Assembly: GCA_016195685.1 (NCBI GenBank)
Contig: JACPZE010000044.1
Span: forward strand, 633-64,632
Direction: 5' to 3'
DNA from: Candidatus Gottesmanbacteria bacterium
GTDB lineage: Bacteria > Patescibacteriota > Microgenomatia > 2-02-FULL-39-11
DNA length: 64,000 nucleotides
The notes below the pieces were generated by a model that did not search any database, was not told the origin of the DNA, and was given only the letters and a program-made list of their open reading frames with translations. Made by a program: the position numbers and the translations under genes. Shown here piece by piece: positions 28,330 to 35,215 of this stretch. Each line of letters begins with the position of its first letter. Positions within the stretch are counted from its first letter, which is position 1.

Positions 28330-29260
28330 GAAGTATAAATTCCAGAGATAAGTTGGTGGCTTTTGAGGAATGGGTGAGGGATCCAAGTGAGAGAATATCT
28401 ACTCCAGTTTTGGACCATAACAATATATTATTCTTATCAATTCCTCCGGAGGCTTCAAAAATTATTGCAGATAAATCAAATTCTTTTCTCAGGTTAGTCA
28501 GAGTCTGTTTTGCTATTTGAGGAGTAAAATTGTCAAACATAAGAGCTAGATTATTGGGGCTATTTAATTTATTGAAAGTTGAGATGGTTTTGTAAGCTTG
28601 TTTAGCCTCCGTTACTTCTACTTCAATTAATTCATTCTTATATTTGTCAGTCAAAATCCTCAATGCCTTTTCAATTGATACAAAGATTAAATGATTATCT
28701 TTTACTAAAATTCCGTCCGACAGGTTTAATCTATGAGTGAGTCCTCCTCCCATAGCTACTGCTTTTTTATCTATCTGCATCCAAGGGGTTTTGCGGGTGG
28801 CCGCGATAAAAGGTTGTGAATTATGAGTTTTGAATTGTAGGTTAATAAGAGTAATTAAATTATTAGTTGCTGTGGCTATTCCGGACATCCGCTGGAGAAT
28901 ATTTAAAATAGTTCTTTCGAAAGCTAGGATATCATGTGCTTTCCCACTGATTTCTGCAATTGTATCCTTATTGCTTATCTCAGAGCCGTCTTTGATTTTT
29001 GGGTTAAAGACAAGCTTTGTATACTTTTTAAGTAAATATCCAACTTCCTCAAGACCTGCTATTCTTCCATTTTGTTTTGCAATAATTATTGCTTTAGTAT
29101 CCTTATGGGGAAAGAATTTTGTAGTTTTATCATTTGTAACTTTGTCGCTATCAGTAAGCCACGCAAAAAGTGTAGAGATAGTCCGTTGATAATCTCTATT
29201 TTTGGTCGTTAACTGATTTTCTTTCTGGAAGTATTTGAGAACAAGAGATATTTTATTCAT
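28295..29260 (-). CDS. nadC: Quinolinate phosphoribosyltransferase
   Basis: ERTILNILQRMSGIAT, ATRKTP, HRLNLSDGILVKDNH, EASGGI. Confidence 0.95.
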   Translation of the reverse strand: MNKISLVLKYFQKENQLTTKNRDYQRTISTLFAWLTDSDKVTNDKTTKFFPHKDTKAIIIAKQNGRIAGLEEVGYLLKKYTKLVFNPKIKDGSEISNKDTIAEISGKAHDILAFERTILNILQRMSGIATATNNLITLINLQFKTHNSQPFIAATRKTPWMQIDKKAVAMGGGLTHRLNLSDGILVKDNHLIFVSIEKALRILTDKYKNELIEVEVTEAKQAYKTISTFNKLNSPNNLALMFDNFTPQIAKQTLTNLRKEFDLSAIIFEASGGIDKNNILLWSKTGVDILSLGSLTHSSKATNLSLEFILLKEFGQKIISF

Positions 29261-29268
29261 GGAAGTTT

Positions 29269-29431
29269 AATAGCTCGCATATAAATTTTTCTAGCTTACA
29301 AAATATCAATATTCCGTTGCTGCGTTGTCATTCTGAACTTGTTTCAGAATCTTGATACTTGTTATTGATTTATTTACTTGGTCTAAGAGTACCGTGTGTG
29401 CGCTTCTAAAAATTCATATTGCTGTGCTATT
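29269..29431. repeat. Nested palindromic element (arm family B) between nadA and nadC
   Basis: aatagc/gctatt, gcatataaattttt/aaaaattcatattgc, atcaata/tattgat; innermost attctgaa-cttgt-ttcagaat. Confidence 0.75.
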
Positions 29432-29434
29432 TCA

Positions 29435-30412
29435 TTAATTCGATAACTTCAGCATCCTTTCAATTGGTATTCTAGCCCTTTCTGCTATTTCTTTGGGAAC
29501 TTTTACTTCATAGACTAGATTCTTCAGAGTATTTAGTAACTTGGGTAGGGTGATCATTTTCATAAATTCACAAACCATATCATCACGAAGGGGTATAAAA
29601 TTTTTCTGCGGGTTATCTTTCTTCATGCGGTATAAAATTCCAGTTTCTGTCGCGACGACATATTCTTTTGCAGGAGATTGTTGTACATGCTTCATCATTC
29701 CGCCGGTTGAAAGGATTTTGGTTTTTGATGTGGGTATATCTCCGCTTGCTACATAGTGCATGCAGGTGGAAACGCAACCGCATTCAGGATGGATAAGAAA
29801 TTCAGCTTGGGGATGTTCATCCATTTTTTGGATAATATCAGCTGGTTTTACCCTAGCATGGACGTGGCATTCACCCGGATAAATAATCATATTTTTGCGG
29901 CCTGTAGTTTTGGCCACATAATCACCCAAAAACATATCAGGTAGGAAAAGAATAGGTTTTTCGGGAGGTAAAGAATTGACTATTTTTACAGCATTAGCCG
30001 ATGTGACGCAGTAATCTGATTCCGCTTTTACTTCTGCTGTGGTATTCACATAAGAAACAACTAAAGCTTCAGGGTACATTTTCTTCCATTTCCGTAATTC
30101 TGTGCCGTCAATACTGGCAGCCAGAGAACAGCCGGCATTTAAATCTGGGATAAGGACAGTTTTATCAGGTGAGAAGATAGAGGCTGATTCTGCCATGAAA
30201 TGGACACCGCAAAAAACAATAAGTGATTTTTTTGTTTCTGCGGCAAGTCTGGATAGTTCCAGGGAATCACCCACAAAATCCGCGACATCTTGGATTTCCG
30301 GGAGCTCGTAATTATGAGCAATTATTAATGCTCCCCTTTTTTCTTTCCAAAGGAGGACGTCTTTCATCAATTTTTGTTTTTCTTCTTCAAGCTCATTGTT
30401 TTGCTTCGTCAT
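29435..30412 (-). CDS. nadA: Quinolinate synthase
   Basis: IIAHNY, VGDSLELS, FCGVHFMAESA; three Fe-S Cys (AGCS, GECHVH, VCEFMK). Confidence 0.96.
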   Translation of the reverse strand: MTKQNNELEEEKQKLMKDVLLWKEKRGALIIAHNYELPEIQDVADFVGDSLELSRLAAETKKSLIVFCGVHFMAESASIFSPDKTVLIPDLNAGCSLAASIDGTELRKWKKMYPEALVVSYVNTTAEVKAESDYCVTSANAVKIVNSLPPEKPILFLPDMFLGDYVAKTTGRKNMIIYPGECHVHARVKPADIIQKMDEHPQAEFLIHPECGCVSTCMHYVASGDIPTSKTKILSTGGMMKHVQQSPAKEYVVATETGILYRMKKDNPQKNFIPLRDDMVCEFMKMITLPKLLNTLKNLVYEVKVPKEIAERARIPIERMLKLSN

Positions 30413-30592
30413 TTTAATTTACGGGTCCTGCCGTATTCTGTATCAGCATATAAATTTTTCAGACTCTGCAGCTCGTGCTCGGTATAGCCCTAACCGTCTG
30501 TCCATATGCCTTAATATTCTCGCACTCAATTGCAGAGATCTTCAAAATTCATATTTCTTACTGAATTAGTATCGCAATGCCCGTGGTTAAAT
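30411..30592 (-). repeat. Palindromic element family A, copy 4, carrying a family-B element inside; abuts the nadA ATG
   Basis: attttaatttacgggtcctgccg and cccgtggttaaa identical to copy 2; inner gcatataaatttttc and aaaattcatatt identical to 29277 and 29409. Confidence 0.85.
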
Positions 30593-30657
30593 TTAAAATG
30601 TTTATACTTAATACCTAATACTTGATACTTAATACTATTTTCAGTTATTATACTTAC

Positions 30658-30678
30658 TTAGTGTAAAAAATACAATAA
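30658..30678. promoter_or_regulatory. Candidate NrtR operator
   Basis: 21-bp imperfect palindrome TTAGTGT-AAAAAAT-ACAATAA with GT-N7-AC core, 6 nt before the nadB ATG. Confidence 0.7.
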
Positions 30679-30684
30679 TTCATT

Positions 30685-32208
30685 ATGAAAACTGATTTTA
30701 TTGTGATTGGATCAGGTTTAGCTGGACTTACAAGTAGTTTAATTCTTTCTAACTACGGAAAAGTTTTGTTGGTTACCAAAGGAAAACTATCCGATGGGGC
30801 AACTAATTGGGCGCAGGGAGGTGTTGCTTGTGTGGTGGAAAAGAATGATACTTGGCAGAAGCATTATAAAGATACTCTCGTTTCCGGAGCATACCATAAT
30901 GACAGAAAGTCAGTTGAATTTTTGGTGAAGAATGCTCCATCAGCTATTGATTGGCTTGAAAAGATGGGGGTCCCTTTTGAGAAGGAAGAAGGCCATTTTA
31001 AAGTAGGGAGGGAGGGAGGGCACTCCTATAACCGGATTATTCACGCCACAGATTTTACCGGCAAAGAAATAGAATTTACCCTTCTTAAGAAGATAAGGGA
31101 GAATAAAAATATAATTATTTGGGAAGATTCTTTTGCCCAAAAATTATTAGTGGAGAGGAAGAAATGTTTTGGCGTTCAAATAATAAAAAAGGACAAAATT
31201 ATTCTTTGTTATTCAAAGTTTACGATACTAGCCACTGGAGGGTTAGGTCAAATTTATCAGTGGACTACAAATCCGCTAGTTTCTACAGGGGATGGTTATG
31301 CTCTCGCTTATCGGGGAGGAGTAAAATTAAAAGATATGGAATTTATACAATTCCATCCGACTGCTCTAAAACCTGCCTCCTCGGCAGGCAGGTATGGTAA
31401 TTCGCCGCTATTTCTTCTCACTGAAGCATTGCGAGGGGAAGACGCTTATTTAGTAAATTCCAAAGGAGAAAGATTTATGGGAGATTATGATAAGAGAGAA
31501 GAATTAGCTCCTCGAGATATAGTTTCCCGAGCTATTTTTGAAGAGCAACAAAAAGGATACGAGATCTATCTGGATATCAGGCATAAAAGAAAACAATTCT
31601 TAAAGAAAAGATTTCCCAATATTTATGAAGAACTGAAAAAAAGAGGGTTTGATCTAGTAAAACACTTAATCCCAGTCACTCCAGCAGCCCATTTCAGTTG
31701 CGGGGGAGTAGAAACTGATTTGTCCGGCAGGACTAATATAAAAAACCTCTTCGCATTTGGAGAAGTAGCTTGTACTGGTGTGCATGGAGCCAACAGGTTA
31801 GCCTCGAATTCTTTACTTGAAGCAGTAGTTTTTCCGCTCCGTCTGCTGAGGTCAGCGAGACTTTTTTGCGCACCTCCCAGTTCGTCCACTCCTTTGCCTC
31901 CGGCAAACTCGTGGTACTCAGGAAACAGTGGGCGTGCTCAAAAAGCTAGCTTCCCTGCAGACTTTTATCTAAATATAAGAAAAAATCTCCAAAAACTTAT
32001 GTGGGAGAAGGTGGGGATAGTGAGAAGAAAAAGGGATTTAGAATATGCGATAGGTAAGTTAAGCAGTTGGGAAAAAGATCTGGAAGATTTGGATTATCCC
32101 AGTAGAGAATTATTGGAATTAAAAAACATGATATTGGTGGGAAAACTCATTACCCAATCAGCACTCAAAAGAAGAAAAAGTCTAGGGACGCATTTTATTA
32201 CCGTATGA
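30685..32208 (+). CDS. nadB: L-aspartate oxidase with two in-frame palindromic inserts
   Basis: IGSGLAG, WAQGGVA, REGGHS, QFHPT, LAPRDIVSRA, PAAHF.CGG, GVHGANRLASNSLLE. Confidence 0.95.
   Translation: MKTDFIVIGSGLAGLTSSLILSNYGKVLLVTKGKLSDGATNWAQGGVACVVEKNDTWQKHYKDTLVSGAYHNDRKSVEFLVKNAPSAIDWLEKMGVPFEKEEGHFKVGREGGHSYNRIIHATDFTGKEIEFTLLKKIRENKNIIIWEDSFAQKLLVERKKCFGVQIIKKDKIILCYSKFTILATGGLGQIYQWTTNPLVSTGDGYALAYRGGVKLKDMEFIQFHPTALKPASSAGRYGNSPLFLLTEALRGEDAYLVNSKGERFMGDYDKREELAPRDIVSRAIFEEQQKGYEIYLDIRHKRKQFLKKRFPNIYEELKKRGFDLVKHLIPVTPAAHFSCGGVETDLSGRTNIKNLFAFGEVACTGVHGANRLASNSLLEAVVFPLRLLRSARLFCAPPSSSTPLPPANSWYSGNSGRAQKASFPADFYLNIRKNLQKLMWEKVGIVRRKRDLEYAIGKLSSWEKDLEDLDYPSRELLELKNMILVGKLITQSALKRRKSLGTHFITV
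31372..31392 (+). repeat. 21-nt palindromic in-frame insert CCTGCCTCCTCGGCAGGCAGG (PASSAGR)
   Basis: CCTGCC/GGCAGG inverted ends; exactly 7 codons. Confidence 0.8.
31841..31962 (+). repeat. 122-nt GC-rich nested hairpin inside nadB
   Basis: GTCTGC/GCAGAC ends, TTTTT.GCGCAC/GTGCTC.AAAAA, CCAC/GTGG, apical TTTGCC-tcc-GGCAAA. Confidence 0.75.
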
Positions 32209-32240
32209 GGTAAATGTAGGCTTTGGTTTGAATTAGTAGC

Positions 32241-32606
32241 CTACGGCCGTGAAGATGTTGGTGGTGTATTAGCACATACTGCGTTGGCCTGAAAGTCTTC
32301 CATCGGAGTGTTTTCAACACGGAAATCCATTACATTTCCGCTATATTGTCTTTGACATATATTTCTCCCACCGACTAAATGAAATAGTGTACCTCCTATT
32401 CTGGCATTGCCTAATGGGCAATGAAAACATGGGGACTGCTGGAAATCTTTGGCATCAATATTTCTTCTTAAATTAGTTGGTGCGATTGACCCAACAACAT
32501 CAGGTCCTACTTGTTTAGCTTGCATTTTTACTTCAGTTGGGAAAGGGTCTGCAAATGGGTCAAAAGTTACATGAAATGTTTTTTCAATGGTTTCAGTATC
32601 TGGCAT
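32241..32606 (-). CDS. Hypothetical protein with CxxC and two further Cys
   Basis: ATG ORF with plausible RBS; no family recognised. Confidence 0.55.
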   Translation of the reverse strand: MPDTETIEKTFHVTFDPFADPFPTEVKMQAKQVGPDVVGSIAPTNLRRNIDAKDFQQSPCFHCPLGNARIGGTLFHLVGGRNICQRQYSGNVMDFRVENTPMEDFQANAVCANTPPTSSRP

Positions 32607-32746
32607 ATATTTTTATACCTCTATTCGTCAAGTTAGATAGGGCTATATCTTAGCATAGCATTTATGCCGATGCAAATCATCGTATCCGAAGGTAAGCTTT
32701 CCCGGTATTTTTTGAGTATGATTGTTATGAATTTGCTTTTTGACAC

Positions 32747-32786
32747 TTGACATTGCCTCAATTTTAACGTACACTGATGTACGTTA
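32747..32786 (+). promoter_or_regulatory. vapBC promoter with overlapping operator palindrome
   Basis: TTGACA(32747)-N17-TACACT(32770); TAACGTACA-ctga-TGTACGTTA at 32765..32786. Confidence 0.8.
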
Positions 32787-33058
32787 TGACCCAGATAATT
32801 TCCATCACTGATCTTAGAAAGAACCTTTTCAACCTCGCCGAGCGGGTATTTTCCAGTGGAGAAGAGATAGAAGTGGAGAAAGAAGGAAGAAGGATAGTAA
32901 AAATAGTTAGAATTGATGACGACCCAAAAGATAGGGCAAAAAGAGCTCTCGCAGTGATGAAAAAAATCGGTGGGAAATTTAAAAATGTCGATTTCGACAG
33001 AAACTTTTTCAGAGGGAAGAAAGAAAAAGAGTATATGAAGAAATTAGGTCAGTGGTAG
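32786..33058 (+). CDS. Phd/YefM-type antitoxin
   Basis: ISITDLRKNLFNLAERV..GEEIEV.KEGR.IVKIV; directly upstream of a PIN toxin. Confidence 0.85.
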   Translation: MTQIISITDLRKNLFNLAERVFSSGEEIEVEKEGRRIVKIVRIDDDPKDRAKRALAVMKKIGGKFKNVDFDRNFFRGKKEKEYMKKLGQW

Positions 33059-33068
33059 GTATTAATAT

Positions 33069-33458
33069 ATGGAAAAAGTAGTTGTAGATACAGATATTAT
33101 CATAGATTTCCTCAGAACAAATAAAGGATTGCTCCCACGTCTTCGGCAACTTCAAGAAAAAGGAGTACTAGAGATCTATATATCCAGTGTTACCATTGTG
33201 GAACTTTTTACGGGAGATATGAGAAGGACACAAGAGAAAATGTTGTCTGACTTACTAGTAAATTTTAAAGTTATTCCTTTTGATGAAGAAATTGCTAAAT
33301 TTGCCGGAGAAGCAAAAAGAGGGAAAAGATTGCAAATTCAATTGTCTGATTTCATCATAGGTATTACTTCTATCTATTTTAAAGCAGATCTTGCGACCAG
33401 AAACAAAGATCATTTTCAGGGAATGAAAGGAATAAAATTTTGGAAACTTGCTTTTTGA
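33069..33458 (+). CDS. vapC: VapC PIN-domain toxin
   Basis: VVDTDIIIDFLR, SSVTIVEL, DFIIG, LATRNKDHF. Confidence 0.9.
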   Translation: MEKVVVDTDIIIDFLRTNKGLLPRLRQLQEKGVLEIYISSVTIVELFTGDMRRTQEKMLSDLLVNFKVIPFDEEIAKFAGEAKRGKRLQIQLSDFIIGITSIYFKADLATRNKDHFQGMKGIKFWKLAF

Positions 33459-33579
33459 CATGGTGTGATATATACTACGGCTTAGTTTATAGGTATCCTT
33501 AGTAGTTCCACGGTATCCTCAGGTTAAACCTAGGCATCCTGGAAACGAGAAGGACCAGTCGAAAGGGGGTGAATCCAGG

Positions 33580-33885
33580 ATGCAAACATCACAATTTCAA
33601 GATCAAACATTAGTCTGTAAAGACTGTGGCAAACAATTTACGTGGACAGCAGGGGAGCAAGAGTTTTATGCCCAAAAAGGCTTTAACAACCCTCCATTTA
33701 GATGTCCAGATTGTCGTCAGAAAAGAAAAGCTGACAGAATGTCACAACGTTCTATGACCAAAATCACTTGCAGCAATTGCGGCAAGGAAGATGAGGTACC
33801 TTTTGTTCCCAGAAAAGGAACAGGAGTTTTATGTCGAGACTGTTTTTCTAAACAAAGACAAGACCGCGGTGGCGCAATGGCATAA
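33580..33885 (+). CDS. Double zinc-ribbon protein (zf-trcl + CxxC-x17-CxxC)
   Basis: LVCKDCGKQFTWTAGEQEFY..KGF.N.P.RCPDCR; ITCSNCG...VPF.P....VLCRDCF. Confidence 0.9.
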   Translation: MQTSQFQDQTLVCKDCGKQFTWTAGEQEFYAQKGFNNPPFRCPDCRQKRKADRMSQRSMTKITCSNCGKEDEVPFVPRKGTGVLCRDCFSKQRQDRGGAMA

Positions 33886-33906
33886 ATTTTGCTTTGAAAA
33901 TAAACG

Positions 33907-33940
33907 ATAAACCCCGTACTCGAAAGAGTCCGGGGTTTAT
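33907..33940 (+). terminator. Intrinsic terminator
   Basis: ATAAACCCCG-tACTC-gaaa-GAGTc-CGGGGTTTAT. Confidence 0.8.
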
Positions 33941-34015
33941 TTAAATACAGAGCCTATTGACAATAAAATTACTTCAGAGTAATATTTGCTTCTCTGCCCC
34001 GATGGGGCATTTTTT

Positions 34016-35215
34016 ATGCTTAAATATCTTTTTATTATCTCTTTCTTTCTCGGATTGAGCCTCTTTTTATCTCCTGTAAAAGTCTCTGCAGAAGAAGTTT
34101 CCTGTATGGGAAAGCCAGCTACAATAGTTAACGATCTGGAAAATGTGGTTATCAATGGAACTGAGGGGGATGACGTAATTGTCAGTACCGCACAAAATGT
34201 TGATATTTATGGTAATGGTGGAAATGACACTATATGTGCCGCAGGAAAAGCAAGAATTTGGGGAGGAGATGGTGATGATAAAATCGATGGAGGGGGAGCA
34301 AGTGAAATCCATGGTGGTCCCGGTGACGATGTAATATTTGCTCACGCGGGCGCTGGAAATACAGGAACTATTAACAGTACAGAGGCATATAACGGAACAC
34401 CCGGAGTAAACTGTTTAGCCGGAACAGGAGTTGAAGACAGTAGCACGATTTATGGAGATGAAGGTAATGATATTTTAGTCGGATGTGGTGGGCATGATAT
34501 TTTAGATGGCGGTCCAGGTGTAGATGCAATATTTGGATATGGAGGTACTGATCTTCTTTACGGTGAGGATGGGAATGATTTGTTAGTAGGTAATGATGGT
34601 GATGATACGATTTACGGTGGTCCTGGTTTAAATACAATTTTGGGTGGAGGTGGAAACGATACAATTTATGGAGGAGATGATGGGAATTATATATATGGAG
34701 GAGAGGGGAATGATTCTCTTTTTGGGGGAAATGGCAATGATTATATATTTGGGGAAGCCGGTAATGATGAAATCTATGGTTATGGAGGGGATGATTATAT
34801 AATTGGAGGAGAGGGAGCAAATGTAATTGATGGTGGAACAGGATACAATAGATGTATGCAAGGTGATCCTATGTATAATTGCGTTGATCTTTTACATCCG
34901 CCAACCCCAACTCCTGCTCCTACAGATGAGCCTACACTTACGCCTACTATCACTATTACTCCTACAGTGACTCTTACTCCTGTACCTTTGGAGCCTACGC
35001 TTACCAGTACTCCTACTCCTGTAGTTCCTACACCCACAACGCGATTGCCAAGTCTAGTTCTACCAACAATAAATTGGACATTGCCTCAATTATGGTTATT
35101 ATCACCCACACCAACTATTGGAGGAGATAATGGTCCTACACCCACAGTACAACCTACACCTACTCAACCTAGTAGTTCAAATAGGTATAACAGGCCACCT
35201 TACCGTATTAACTAA
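34016..35215 (+). CDS. Secreted RTX-like (GGxGxD) calcium-binding repeat protein with Pro/Thr tail
   Basis: Sec-type signal MLKYLFII...VSA; C.G.PATIV..GT.GDDVI; many GG.GND.IYG nonapeptides. Confidence 0.85.
   Translation: MLKYLFIISFFLGLSLFLSPVKVSAEEVSCMGKPATIVNDLENVVINGTEGDDVIVSTAQNVDIYGNGGNDTICAAGKARIWGGDGDDKIDGGGASEIHGGPGDDVIFAHAGAGNTGTINSTEAYNGTPGVNCLAGTGVEDSSTIYGDEGNDILVGCGGHDILDGGPGVDAIFGYGGTDLLYGEDGNDLLVGNDGDDTIYGGPGLNTILGGGGNDTIYGGDDGNYIYGGEGNDSLFGGNGNDYIFGEAGNDEIYGYGGDDYIIGGEGANVIDGGTGYNRCMQGDPMYNCVDLLHPPTPTPAPTDEPTLTPTITITPTVTLTPVPLEPTLTSTPTPVVPTPTTRLPSLVLPTINWTLPQLWLLSPTPTIGGDNGPTPTVQPTPTQPSSSNRYNRPPYRIN

Noticed and set aside
34160-34840. 27-nt periodicity
   Set aside because: Explained by GGxGxD nonapeptide coding.
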